A DNA stretch of 63,165 bases, filler included, from Octopus bimaculoides (GCF_001194135.2; 5 parts of 5 records of this genome joined end to end with filler, not necessarily neighbours in it); one strand, 5' to 3'; shown: positions 1 through 12,169, counted from the first letter of the whole stretch. A program made the numbers and translations. Notes: generated by a model from the sequence alone, not told the origin.

Positions 1-1
1 A

Positions 2-268
2 CATGGCTCGCACAGCTCTCACTAACCATTCTTCTATCCCAAGTTTCCTCATTGACCACCAGATAAGGGATCGGGGGACCCTGTCAAAGGCTTTCTCCAT
101 GTCAACGAAAGCCAGGTACAGAGGTTTATCCTTAGCTAGGTATTTCTCCTGCAACTGTCTCACTAGAAATAAGGCATCAGTAGTGCTTTTACCTGGCACG
201 AACCCAAACTGCATCTCATCTAAATTGATTCGCTCCCTAATTAGTTGGGCTATCACCCTCTCTGTAAC

Positions 269-274
<6 letters not shown>
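2..274 (-). mobile_element. RTE-clade LINE reverse transcriptase fragment (runs off window edge)
   Basis: Minus-strand open frame, absent from the ORF track: MKVTERVIAQLIRERINLDEMQFGFVPGKSTTDALFLVRQLQEKYLAKDKPLYLAFVDMEKAFDRVPRSLIWWSMRKLGIEEWLVRAVRAM. Contains the non-LTR RT motifs QFGF..G.ST.D and F.D..KAFD. Abuts (TA)n at 273-302. Confidence 0.92.
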
Positions 275-311
<37 letters not shown>

Positions 312-534
312 GATATATATGTATGCATAGATAGATAGATATACATATAGATACACACACACACATACACACATGCTGATCATGAAGTGTAAAAAATAAT
401 TTGGCCGTTTTGGGTTAGTTTAATTACTCCCCATCCTTCCTTCATCATGCCATATCATAATATTTAGGTACCAACCTGACAATTAATGCACTGAACTGAG
501 GTGAAATAATTGTTGTTTTTTGCTGTTTATGGCA

Positions 535-578
<44 letters not shown>

Positions 579-1450
579 GATTATTATTATTATTGCAATT
601 TTTGCTTGTTTATTTCAAAAAAGTTTCATGTGTCTGTTAGTTTTGTGGTTTGTTTGTTTTAGTTGGTTTTGTTGTTGTTGTCAAATCGCCAGTCATTTTA
701 TCCAGTGAACTGAAAGACGTTCAAAATAATCAATATTATGTCATTAACAGTGTTACCGATTACAGGAGGAGAATGAAATAAAGAAGAAATTGATTAAGAC
801 CTCAGTGATAATGAAGCACCAATAAGAAAATGAACATTAACCGCACAAACAGAGGAGAATGATGTCAAATTGGATTTTCTATTTTCCATAAAACAGAAGA
901 AAAAAACAAAAAAAAAGAAAAAAAGAAAGAAAGAAAGAAAAAATACACACAACAAATTTGCAATAAAGCAATGAGTCAATTCTCCCACTGCCAACCCTAC
1001 TCATTTCTTCCGAAAGCAAATAAATATGAATGAATAAATCAATGTCTTGTGAGAAATTGATCTGTACCAAGGTGGTGGGGGTTACATATGTTAATTCAAA
1101 GCTGTTTTATTCACATTCTTACCCACACGCATGCACATGCACAATGTTATCACATACACACACATAGAAATGAATTCATACACACAAACACACGTTACTC
1201 CACTATTTTCATACAGGGTTTCAGGGTTTCTCTTGCAAATTTTGTGTTTTATATTTGCCAATTTCTTGTTTGTTTGTTAACCTTTCTGTCTCTCTTGGTT
1301 ACAAGCTATTTCCAGAGGAGAATTTTGCTCAACGTTATGGATTGCTCCATTTGACTTGTAGCACCAACACTTGTTGTTGCGTATGTAAATACATTCACTG
1401 AAACGTCTCGTTTGCTAAAACAGCAATGTGACATTTATTAAAGCAGTGAT

Positions 1451-1575
1451 GCAACATTTGTAGAAGTGGAGGTGTGAATTATAAGAGTGAAAACAAAGGT
1501 AGGACAAGACGTGACAGTTGTAGAAGCAGAGGTGTGAATTATAAAGGTAGAAACAGTGGTAGGACAATTGTAGAC
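1451..1575. repeat. Two-copy 60-bp tandem repeat
   Basis: ttgtagaag(tg/ca)gaggtgtgaattata...ggtaggacaa recurs with an exact 60-bp period. Confidence 0.85.
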
Positions 1576-2330
1576 AAGGGACATAACTATTTGTGGAAAT
1601 AGATGTAAAGCATGTTTTGCAATCAAAACATAGGATCTAGGTGTCTTTCAAAGTAGTTATAGTTCTTTTATCACAGGTCACTCTAACAGAGATTGCCACT
1701 TATTTTTGAGTATGTCTACAACTATATAATCCAGTGTATTCTTTATTAATTTAAGATCATAGAGAGTGATTTGAAAGACATTTGGCAGCAATTTTTAGTA
1801 GGTGGGAGCGACTCAGTAGAGAACTCTTCCTTGGTTCAATTTCCAATAAATGGATTGAGCAAATATATTTCATTTTCACCAGTGCTAATCACCTCTTGCT
1901 TGATCAAGTGGTCCTTAGTTAAAAAAAATTAGTCCGGTCATTTAGAACTAAGGTCATGTAACTGCACAACATACTTCCACTGTGTTACTGAAGTGCGCTT
2001 ATATACGCATATACATGTGTACATGTGTGTGTATGTGTAAATGGTTTTTATGTTCAGTTATAATAAAAACAATTTTACATTAATCTGATGGGTTCGTCTA
2101 TACTTTTGTAATAACACACACACACACANNNNNNNNNNNNNNNNNNNNNNNNNNNNNNNNNNNNNNNNNNNNNNNNNNNNNNNNNNNNNNNNNNNNNNNN
2201 NNNNNNNNNNNNNNNNNNNNNNNNNNNNNNNNNNNNNNNNNNNNNNNNNNNNNNNNNNNNNNNNNNNNNNNNNNNNNNNNNNNNNNNNNNNNNNNNNNNN
2301 NNNNNNNNNNNNNNNNNNNNNNNNNNNNNN

Positions 2331-2379
<49 letters not shown>

Positions 2380-2450
2380 GTATAAAGAAAATTTAGAAAA
2401 TGGAGATATAGCATTAATATAATTTGTTATCTGCAAAAATACAACATATT

Positions 2451-2534
2451 CTCTTACAGCTGTTTCAGTTTATCCAAAAAGATTAAATTACAATGATTAA
2501 ATTATTATATTAGGCAAAAATCTCATCAGAGGGG
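2451..2534 (-). ncRNA. Type I hammerhead ribozyme motif, intact core, long stem II
   Basis: Minus strand: ccct-CTGATGA-gattttt...ggataaact-GAAAC-AGCT-GTA-agag. Palindromic stem III loop (AGCT), GUA cleavage triplet, stem I ccct/agag pairs 3 of 4. Confidence 0.6.
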
Positions 2535-2587
2535 TAGATAGGATATACTATTAGGTTATTAGGTGTGGTGTTTTTGAATCATCTCAG

Positions 2588-2748
2588 CAGACACACACAC
2601 ACACACACACACACACAACACACATACAATGGGATTTTTTCTTACAAAGCTTTGGTTGACTTGGAGCTATAATAGAAAACACATGCCGAAGGTGCCACAC
2701 TGTGGGACTGAACCTGAAGCCACATATTTGAAAAGCAAATTTCTTAAG
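2588..2748 (-). mobile_element. SINE family A, degenerate 5' half
   Basis: Reverse complement resembles the head of 21034-21480 (ggttcagtcccac, ggcaccttcggca). Confidence 0.7.
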
Positions 2749-2759
2749 GGATGAAAGTA

Positions 2760-2948
2760 AATATTGGTTTCAAGTTTTGGGATGGGGGATAAGTAGATTA
2801 CACTGACCCCAGAGCCAACTGGTGCTTATTTTATCGACCCCAAAAGAATGAAAGGCAAAGTAAATCTCAGCACCATTTGAACACAGAACATAAAGACAGA
2901 TGAAATACCACTAAGAATTTTGCCTGGCACACTAACAATTCTGCCAGC
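2760..2948 (-). mobile_element. SINE family B copy
   Basis: Homologous to 7243-7464 and 31927-32167 (gctggcagaa...gcctttcat...ggggtcgataaaataag). Confidence 0.8.
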
Positions 2949-3484
2949 AATCAATTTAGACCCATGCTCTACAACCCCAATCGTCTACTCCACCATCTTT
3001 TCATGATAAAAAAAATAAAAAGAAACAAAACAGAAATAATACAAAGAAGATTTTTAAAAATGATTTACTATCATTGATTATAAAGATAACATGCAAAACA
3101 GACCACTAGTCTTGCAGTATTTCAGTCTTGTGATGTTGCTATTAAAATTTTCTCACGTTTGAAAAAGAAATCAAATAAAATAGATGCTTTTGTTTGGTAA
3201 CATCAGGGAATAAATCATTTGAAAACTTGAAGGCTTTAAGAAGCAAGAAAAAAAGATACTCATGAAATTATTTTATAATTTTTCATAATGATAATAATAA
3301 TGGTCTTAATGATGTTGTGTTATTTCTTTAAATTGCACATGTTTGGCAAATAAGTGATTTGATTTGAGAGTGTGTTAGGACTAAAACAGTAGCATCTTGG
3401 TAGAGTCAGTTTAATCATTTAAAATGAACAGGCACAGATACTTCCATTTTTACTTTATAATTACTTTGTAATGATTATGCGCAT

Positions 3485-3537
<53 letters not shown>

Positions 3538-3726
3538 TACATACACGTACTCACAAACATGTACATTTATATATAGGTTCTTGGTTTGAATTGGAAATAC
3601 ATATAAAGCTATAAGTAATGGCAACCCAATATTACATGCTATTATTATTAGTTATTATTTGTACTTCAAGAACCAATTCTTAAAAGAGTTTTTGGAATTG
3701 TTATTCTCTCCACTTTCTCTCAAAAA

Positions 3727-3781
<55 letters not shown>

Positions 3782-3870
3782 GTATAATGAGATCAGTGAA
3801 TTTTCGTCACTGGAAAAAGTATATATGTATTTGCATTGGGACGCCTTTGCATCGAAGACCGGTGATTGTC

Positions 3871-3913
3871 GTACGCTGACAAAGGGTAAATACCCAGAAA
3901 CTCAAGTCCGTGC
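3871..3913 (+). ncRNA. Compact type I hammerhead ribozyme motif with a G8>A core change
   Basis: GTACG-CTGACAA-a-GGGT aaat ACCC-a-GAAAC tcaa GTC-CGTGC. Stem I GTACG/CGTGC, stem II 4 bp, GUC triplet. CTGACAA differs from CTGACGA at a CpG. Confidence 0.65.
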
Positions 3914-4081
3914 ATATCACATAAGATCAAGATGGGAAGGATGACTTCCCTTTGCAAATACCAACAGGGCACAGATGTGTGTCAATAGCCAGCTGGAGGA
4001 GATGTTCTCCTGGGGCTAAAAGCAACAGTAACATTCACCCTTGGGGTTTAGCCACATTTAAGTGGCAAATATACTTCATGT

Positions 4082-4117
<36 letters not shown>

Positions 4118-4351
4118 ACAATTTTGCTTGGTGTAAAATTCTCCTAAGGGATATTAAATATCCGAAGAATTTACTAGTTTATATCACCTATATCAATAAC
4201 AATGTTATTCTTCCAATAGGTAAATAAAAAATAAACATACAGTTTATTAATACATAAATATAAATAAGAAATGGAAAACAAAACAATAAATTGAACAATT
4301 ATAAATTCAATTCAATTCAAATATATTATACAAACAAATGACACATCTCAT

Positions 4352-4442
4352 AAATTACAGCTATTTCCGTTTCATTAATAAAACAAAGTTTTTCAAGAAT
4401 AATCAAATCCATTTAAATATGTAATGATGCTTCATCAGATAG
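4352..4442 (-). ncRNA. Degenerate hammerhead motif downstream of the PLE remnant
   Basis: Minus strand: CTGATGA-agcatcatta...taatgaaacg-GAAAT-AGCT-GTA. Same AGCT-GTA signature as 2451 and 25309; stem I is poor. Confidence 0.45.
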
Positions 4443-4751
4443 ACATATCTGCTTAAATATTTGACAAAAAATATCAATTGAAAATATTTATAACTGCTAA
4501 AGCTTCACGAAAATGCTTTATCATAAGTAAATAATCTAACTGAAATTACACAACTTCCTAAATATAAATCTATAAATATTCCATTCTATAACTGATTCTG
4601 TTGCACAATACACACGTTCATATATACATATTCATATATACCCATATATACACACACACCTTTCATTTATGTGTACATACACACACACAAACCCCCACAC
4701 ACACGCATGCATACACACATGCACACTCACATACACAAGTTTAGTCATTCA

Positions 4752-4795
<44 letters not shown>

Positions 4796-5139
4796 TCTAT
4801 GTTTTACAATTTGCATACATATACATTTCATACACACATGTATCTATTTATGTTAAAACATTATCTTATATATTAATTCAAATATAAATATTATGAATCT
4901 GACTATTAGAATGCAGGGGAGATAACTATTTTTCCATTCATAGAAACAAAACGAAAAACAAAACCAACTCTATATGGTCAATGACTCACATTTTTAGAAT
5001 GAGGAAATATTAATTAAGTTCTATTTATAATTTTAATTATAATTATAAGAGCTGTTAATTTACTTCACAATAGTTAAAGATATCTATTATGACATATCAA
5101 TATGACAGCCTATTAATTATAACTATAATTAAAAAAATC

Positions 5140-5730
5140 ATTTATATCTAGTAAAATATTTATGTAGGCAGGAAATAATTTTTCATCCCTCAGGTTAAGT
5201 AAAGGAAATGTAACCATTAGAATAAATTATTTCTCATTCAAACAAAGAAGGCACTTCTTATTACTTATATTGTAACTAGGTGCAGTCACCAAGATATCCC
5301 ATTTGAGATTAAAATTAATATTTTTATCTTTAAGTTCCCAAATGAATTTACTTAGACCCGTTGAACTTTGTCTTTTCCTATTCAGAAATGTATATAAATG
5401 TGTTGAAAGACTCTTCTTCATTTCATTTTTAGGTGATCCAATATAAATATATTTATTATTAATTTCTGTGGTAACTTTACATTCATATACTACATTTTTC
5501 AAGAATTATCCTTTATATATATTGAGGAAGAGCCTTTACATGTAACTGGTTTCCAATTGTTCTTCATAATATTATGTTTATTAATGGAATACCTAGTAGT
5601 ATTACTACTATCTTCTACATTGACCCTGGCATTAGGAGAGTTATTATTAACACATTCTCTATTTGAATAAAATAAATCTAAATTTTTATTATTTATAGAA
5701 GCTATAATAGTAGCTAAGTTATGAATTAAA
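5140..5730 (-). mobile_element. Penelope-like element remnant, GIY-YIG endonuclease C-terminus
   Basis: ORF 5227-5502: NVVYECKV...YIYIGS...K..H..F..RK...STGLSKFIWELK.KN....KWDIL..A.SY....KKCLLCLNEK, typical of the PLE GIY-YIG region. Upstream GYSLIHNLATIIASINNKNL resembles the PLE YS.MPN..II..N.K.L linker. Confidence 0.85.
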
Positions 5731-6320
5731 CTATATCCTATCTTTATTTTTTATTTAAATTGAATTTATAATTGTTCAATTTATTGTTTTGTTTTCCATT
5801 TCTGATATATATATATATATATATATATATCTGTATGTATAAATTAGGTGAACTGCTAAGTAGTGGGGATATAAAATAACCAAGATTGGTTGTCAAGCAG
5901 AGGTAGGATACAAAAGTAAACACAAAGACACACATACATAGATATAAACATGTGCATTCCGTCAGAACCATTCACGAGAGAAAATTTATGTTGAAGATAT
6001 GGAATTCCCTGCTTGCTGACTAGTGAACAGAAATCATACAATACATAAATTGACCCTTTCTGGACACAACTGAAACAGGTGAAAGAAAGATAACTCCATC
6101 TCATCCAGAAGGGGTTTTCACTTCGAAGAATTACATTTCAGGGTCTTTTCACAACCTTGACTAACCAGATTGTATTCTTAACTCCATTAATGCAGTAGTT
6201 ATGTGCCTCTGGTAAGAAGTTCTGTTGAGTTGCCTGTATTGCTAAGAACATAATAGAAGTGAAACCAATGGTAACTTTCTGATCAGCTATAACTAATGAC
6301 TACATTAGTTATTAGTTACA

Positions 6321-6509
6321 GTGGCACGTAAAAGCACCCACTACAATCTCGGAGTGGTTGGCGTTAGGAAGGGCGTCCAGCTGTAGAAACTCTGCCAAAT
6401 CAGATTGGAGCTTGGTGTAGCCACCTGGTTCGCCAATCCTCAATCAAATTGTCCAACCCGTGCTAGCATGGAAAGCGGACGTTAAACGATGATGATGATG
6501 ATGATGATG
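6321..6509 (+). mobile_element. RTE LINE 3' UTR tail ending in (GAT)n
   Basis: ggttggcgttaggaagggcgtccagctgtagaaac...gctagcatggaaagcggacgttaaac(gat)n. Same sequence as the 3' end of 24386-25020. Confidence 0.8.
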
Positions 6510-6677
6510 TTATTCAAATAAAAAACAATTTTTCAAAAATTTAATAAATTTACTTTTGATACTTTTGATTAGGGAAAATGTTCCTCAATTTTGGTTTTCT
6601 GTAAATATTGTGCTGTAACTCTAATGCATGGCTTTATTGCCCAACATATTTATGAAGATTTTTACCTTTTATCTCAT

Positions 6678-6881
6678 AGGCACAGGCACAGATGTGTAGT
6701 CAAGAAGCTCACTTTGAAACCACATGATTTCAGGATCAATCTCACTGCATGGTATCTTAGACAAGTATTCTCTACTGTAGCCCTGAGCCTGACCAATGCT
6801 TTCTGAGTGAATTTGGCAGCTGGAAACTCTGTGAAAGCCTGTCATATGAACATATGTGTGTATTTGTGTGTGTGTGTGTGT
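6678..6881 (+). mobile_element. SINE family A, degenerate 5' half with central (TG)n
   Basis: Similar to the head of 21034-21480. Confidence 0.7.
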
Positions 6882-6974
6882 GTACAATGGAAATGGGATG
6901 GTAATGTTCAACACTGAAAATATATATATGTGTATGTGTGTGCATGCACATGAGAACTATGTGAAACTTTACAT

Positions 6975-7200
6975 ATACATGTAAAGTAAAAAAAAATCGG
7001 AAAAATAATCCAGAATCCTTGTCCAGTACCAAATTGATCCCAAAATCTAATGAGACTCTGCCAATCACAAGGCCAAACATCCCTGAAAGTTTCATCTGAA
7101 TCCATCCAGCAGTTCTTGAGATACCTTGTCCACGGACAAACAAACAAACAAACAAACATGACTGAAAACAATACCTCTGCCTTCGCTAAGGCAGAGGTAA
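6975..7200 (-). mobile_element. DINE-1/Helentron-like non-autonomous element
   Basis: Terminal 12-bp hairpin tacctctgcctt-cgct-aaggcagaggta (7172-7199), adjacent (CAAA)n microsatellite, and body gatggattcagatgaaactttcaggg on the minus strand. This layout is typical of DINE-1/HINE elements. Confidence 0.6.
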
Positions 7201-7242
7201 TGAAAGTAGTTTAAGCCTTTAGACCAAAAGCTGTAAGTTGAT

Positions 7243-7464
7243 AAGGCTGTGAGCTGGCAGAATTGTTACCACACTGGAATAAAATGCTCAATGGCATTTC
7301 TTCCAACTTTACATTTTGAGTTCAAATGCCGTCAAGGTCGACTCTGTTTTTCATCCTTTTGGGAATCGATAAAATAAGTACCAGTTGAGTATTGGGGTCG
7401 ATGTTATCAACTTCTACCTTGCCCAACAGTTGCTATCCTTGTGTCCAAATTTGAAACCAATATT
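7243..7464 (+). mobile_element. SINE family B copy
   Basis: aaggctgtgagctggcagaa head, gagttcaaatgcc B-box-like motif, central ttcatccttt...gataaaataagtaccag. Confidence 0.8.
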
Positions 7465-7775
7465 AGTTACACATGAATTTGTAAAATAACTAATTCGTAA
7501 TTTTCTTCAGTACCCATATCAGCCCCACCCACCCCTTACAACTTCCTATGCATTTACTATTAACTATTAGTTCTGATAAAGTTCGCTATCCTTACTTTAT
7601 CTACTTTCTTGATCAGCTAAAGCTAGCAACCAAATTACACCACATCATCTTAAACAAGGAGAGGTAATATAGTTTGGTATAAATGTCGGAAAAAATACAG
7701 GATGATCCCAGTTGAAATACTTTTCACAGTAGGTCAGGGTTGACTTGAGGGCAAAGAATAACTTGCTTACTTGTG

Positions 7776-8642
7776 TTGAGGTGGTATCAAAATATTACCG
7801 GACTAGTTATGTTTGATAAAAAAAATAATATTTACTTAAGATTTAACATTATCTCCTTTCAAATAGTCACCTTGCATAGCAATACACCAGTCTCGGCATC
7901 CCTGCCACTTTTGGAATCCGGCCTAGAAGTCATTTTCTGTAAGTGAGTCAAGGACCTTCTGCGATTTGCTCTTGATCTCTTGGGGAAGAGACAGAAGTTC
8001 ACAGGTGCTAAACCTGGTGAATAGGGTGGGTGTGGAAGCGATACCATATTGTTTTTGGTGAGAAACACACAATTGAGGAAAACTCGGTGACGGGTTACAC
8101 TGTCATCATGAAGAATCCAGTTCTTCGCACTCCAAACCCAGTTGCTTTTGACGAATATCCCCCCTCAAATACTTCAAAATGTCATTGATTGTCCTCTAAC
8201 GATCCTCATGCACATGTTGATGAATTTTCTCCACATTTGCAGGGGTGATGCCCATGGCAGTTCTTCCACATCGATCATTATCTTCCAAGCATGGTCTTCC
8301 ACCTTTGAAGTGCCCATGCCATTTAAATTACTGCATACAACCCATTGCCTCATCACCATAAGGTTGCTGAAGCATGCTCAATGTCTCTGTAGCAGGCTTA
8401 CCCAAGCTTAACGCAAAATTTCACTTTGTACCAATTTCCTGTTCATGACAAAATCAAAGACGACAGCAAACATGAGATCACAAAAACACAAATTTCACAA
8501 CTTGTGAAGTAAACACAGTGATGTCACTTGACACACAACCTCTTGATGGTCACTGCTAGCTTTGACCGAGCATGCAACCATGTGCTGCCATCTGTTGGCA
8601 TGCTGTAGAATTAGTCCAGGAACATTTTGATATCACCTTGTA
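7776..8642 (-). mobile_element. Internally deleted mariner (Tc1/mariner) transposon
   Basis: TIRs of about 30 bp (gaggtggtatcaaaatattaccggacta / tagtccaggaacattttgatatcaccttgta). Minus-strand remnants: N-terminal KFCVKLG...YGDEAM...FKWH..FK.G and C-terminal LPHPPYSPGLAP, FQKWQ. Confidence 0.88.
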
Positions 8643-9499
8643 CAGTTCTAGTTTAGCATCCACTACAGCTGGAGACACTTGCCCAAGATCTTACACAGTG
8701 GTACTGAACCCACAACAACATGGTTGGGATGCAGGCTTCTTAACCACACCACCATGCCTGCCTTTATACAATCAAATCATACACAATAAAAAGGCATATG
8801 CTTGAGGTAAACTCTGTTATTATTCTACAATTTGTTGAGATCTACTATTTCTAGTTTAGTAAATAATTAGAGAAAAATGCTTTTTAACACAAAAGTTTGC
8901 CTCTTTAAACAGAATAGATATTATCTTAATTAAATTGTAAGATTTATTTAACAAATGTCTTTTGTTGATTTTTTTTTNNNNNNNNNNTTTTTTATTATTA
9001 TAAGCATATTTTGTTTCTCCTTTCCTGAATAAAATTAAAGAAGCTGATATATTTAACCTCTTTAATCTAGTATTTAGCAACCACCCCTCTCCTCCACCTC
9101 AAAAAAAACACAAAACAAAACAAGGATCTTTAGATTACAAGGAGATAAATTTAACCACATGAGATGCCATGAGGATACAGATATAGCTCGCTACCTCTTC
9201 TCTCTTTCTCTCTCTATCTCACTTGCCCAGTCTCCCTCCCCTTTCTCTCTTGCCCTCTCTCTCTCTTTCTCTAGCAGTGCAATAGAAATAATGCTATCAT
9301 TTCAAGAAATCAATACAAACTCAATACAAATGAAGATATTGTCACGAGCAATCAATAAATCTTAGCTATTTCTACCCCATAAAATTCTTCGCAAAACAGA
9401 TTTTCAAGATATTGATTTCCTTTGGATGAGGCACAAAGCCAATCTTTCCCTTATTTATTATTATTATTATCTTCATCATTATTATTATTATTATTATTA

Positions 9500-9569
<70 letters not shown>

Positions 9570-9707
9570 TTTTCTGTTAGGGGGTGGTGAAGGTGAAGGA
9601 GTAGAGTCGATTAGATTAACCCTTAGGATAATACTAGGGCTTAACGTGTAATGAGGAAGCCTCTGTATAGTCAATGGAACTAGTAGAAATAACAGCCAAA
9701 TTTCTCT

Positions 9708-9886
9708 CATCATCATCATCATTTAATGTCTGTTGTCCATGCTAGCATGGGTTGGATGGTGTAACCAGAGCTGGTAAGCAAGTGAGCTGCACCAGACTCC
9801 AGTCTGATTTGGCATGGTTTTTATGGTTGGATACCCTTCCTATTACCACCCACTTTAGAGAATGTGTTGGATGCTTTTATGTGACA
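9708..9886 (-). mobile_element. RTE LINE 3' UTR tail
   Basis: (cat)n-ttaatgtc...ccatgctagcatgggttgga...ggatacccttcct; homologous to 6321-6509. Confidence 0.75.
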
Positions 9887-10351
9887 CTGCATAGGCACTC
9901 TTACATGTTGCTGCATGAGCGCTTATACATGGAACTGCACTAATAACAAAAATTTTATTGTAAAATAATTAAATAAGTGGCACATTGGATAGTGTAGTCC
10001 AAGTTATACTGTGTCTGAATAATATTTCTGTTTGTGTCGGTATTCACTCAAGATGACTTAAACCAGCTCCAACCAGTAAATTCCACAGAATCATGGACAG
10101 AAGCAGATCACACCCAGTAACCACAGATGCCTGAAGTGAAGATCATCAACTGATCACAATTCCAGCAATGGACTCCATACACAGATGGACCAGGACCACA
10201 CATCAATTCAAGATTATACTAATCCATGTTTTTCAGCTGTTCACTTCACCGTTTGTGTCATCTGTGAAGGAGAGGCCTAAGCACAACTACACCAGAGATG
10301 AGTTCTCACTATAGATGCTGAGGTTCATGACCAAGGCAGTAGGCATTGTTG

Positions 10352-10718
10352 TTTGGCACTCCGTCGCTTACGACATCGAGGGTTCCAGTTGATCTGGTCA
10401 ACGGAACAGCCTGCTCATGAAATTAACGTGCAAGTGGCTGAGCACTCCACAGACACGTGTACCCTTAACGTAGTTCTAGGGGATATTCAGCATGACATAG
10501 TGTGACAAGGCTGACCCTTTGAATTACAGGCACAACAGAAATAGGAAGTAAGAGTGAGAGAAAGTTGTGGTGAAAGAGTACAGCAGGGTTCGCCACCATC
10601 CCCTGCCGAAGCCTCGTGGAGTTTTAGGTGTTTTCGCTCAATAAACACTCACAACGCCCGGTCTGGGAATTGAAACCGCGAGTCCGCTGCCCTAACCACT
10701 GGGCCATTGCGCCTCCAC
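10352..10718 (-). mobile_element. tRNA-derived SINE family C, near full length
   Basis: Minus head gtggaggcgcaatggcccagtggttagggcagcggactcg...ggtttcaattcccagac with A and B boxes. Homologous to 44500-44941. Confidence 0.85.
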
Positions 10719-10724
10719 GGTAGT

Positions 10725-10880
10725 AGCCATAGCTGTGTAGCTAAGGTGCTTCTTGCTTTACAACCATGTGGTTTCAGATTCAATCCCACTGCATGGCACC
10801 TTGAGCAAGTATCTTCTTGCCCAGGCCAAGGAGTTCTTTGTGAATGAATTTGGTAGACAGAAGCAGTGTGGAAGCCTCAA
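10725..10880 (+). mobile_element. SINE family A 5' half, head-to-head with family C
   Basis: gattcaatcccactgcatggcaccttgagcaagtatctt...gaatttggtagacagaa. Confidence 0.7.
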
Positions 10881-11064
10881 GACTTCTGGCAATTGAGATG
10901 ACAAGGGACTGAGATTTCTAGCAATTTGCTGTGCTTGAGAAGACATATCAAGATGAGTAAAACCGTGATCATCCATACATACAGGTATGTCCTTTATGGC
11001 CTTGCCCCAAACCCCCTCTCACAGCTGAGAGGTCCTTGTTTTATGATCTTGTAAGCTCATAGGT

Positions 11065-11255
11065 GCTGACACCCTGTAAAAAGCATCCGTCAGTGTGATG
11101 TAGAATTCACTCTATAAAGTAATTGATGTTAGGAAGGGCATCCAGCTGTAAAAACAAAACCAAAACGGATAACTGGAGCCTAGAATAACTCTCCAGTTGG
11201 CCAGCACCTGTCAAACCATCCAACCCATGCCAACATGGAAAACAGACGTTAAATA

Positions 11256-11306
<51 letters not shown>

Positions 11307-11439
11307 GTGGTGGTGATGATGATGATGATGATGATGATGATAATGATGATGATGATGATGATGATGATGGTGATGGTAATGGTGGTGATGGTGGTAATGA
11401 TGAGGATGATGGTGATGATGATGATGATGATGATGATGA
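11065..11439 (+). mobile_element. RTE 3' UTR tail with expanded (GAT)n/(GGT)n tail
   Basis: gttaggaagggcatccagctgtaaaa...ccaacccatgccaacatggaaaacagacgttaaat then about 180 bp of trinucleotide repeat. Confidence 0.75.
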
Positions 11440-12169
11440 TATACACATGTATATTGTGTGAGTGTATGTGCATGTGCACATAGATGTGTGTGTACTTTTG
11501 AATACACCCCTCCATGTAGTGCTTGATAACTGGAGTTGGTTTGTTTACAACCTAGTGGTTCACGAAAAGAGACTGATAGAAAAAAAAATATAAGACTGAA
11601 AGATAATTTTCTTTTTAAACTGGAATCAATTTGGCCCCAGCATGGCCACAGTCCAATGACTGAAACAAATAGAAAATAAAAGAAAAAAGATAAAAGAAAA
11701 AACGAAACAAATAAGACCAGTATTAAAAAACAGGTCAAACATATCTGAAATACCTTTAGTCATAAGCCTGCTTAACCAGGAGTGACTCAGGGCTAAAAAA
11801 AGTAGTACTCATTTTAACACCCCCAATACCCCCACCTCTGTTAAAACACTAAATCATCTTTAATGAGATTTAAAACTAATTGCTATAATTACATATTTAT
11901 TTAATCCGTTTTTCAACTATTCCTGCCAATTCAGCTCTAAACATGGAAACGTGTGCAGTCGCTAGATGCGCTGGAAATAGCAGTCAGTGTTTACATTAAA
12001 TCAAATCTTATATATAAAACAACATTGTATAATGTAGTTTAAGATACACAATGCCTCAAAAAAAATAAATAAATAAATAAAAGATAGGATGATCATGGCT
12101 TGGACAGTTTTGGTTGTGGCTCCATTTTAACAAGGTTGGCCTGGGATTAAATAACAACATATTGACTCA

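Larger units (their letters stand above)
4267..5803. repeat. Perfect 46-bp inverted repeat (4267-4312 / 5758-5803) bracketing the PLE remnant
   Basis: agaaatggaaaacaaaacaataaattgaacaattataaattcaatt and its exact reverse complement. Confidence 0.9.

Noticed and set aside
3-338. 111-aa plus-strand ORF
   Set aside because: It is the antisense shadow of the minus-strand RTE reverse transcriptase and runs into (TA)n.
708-782. Possible terminal exon ELKDVQNNQYYVINSVTDYRRRMK* after an acceptor-like tatccag
   Set aside because: Too short and without recognisable homology; cannot be distinguished from chance. Similar weak candidates near 37910-38015 (minus) and 52760-52830 (minus) were also left uncalled.
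5960-6230. Stop-riddled frame with RYGIPCLLTSEQ, faintly like a retroviral-type integrase core
   Set aside because: Similarity is limited to a few residues, with no supporting catalytic motifs or LTRs.
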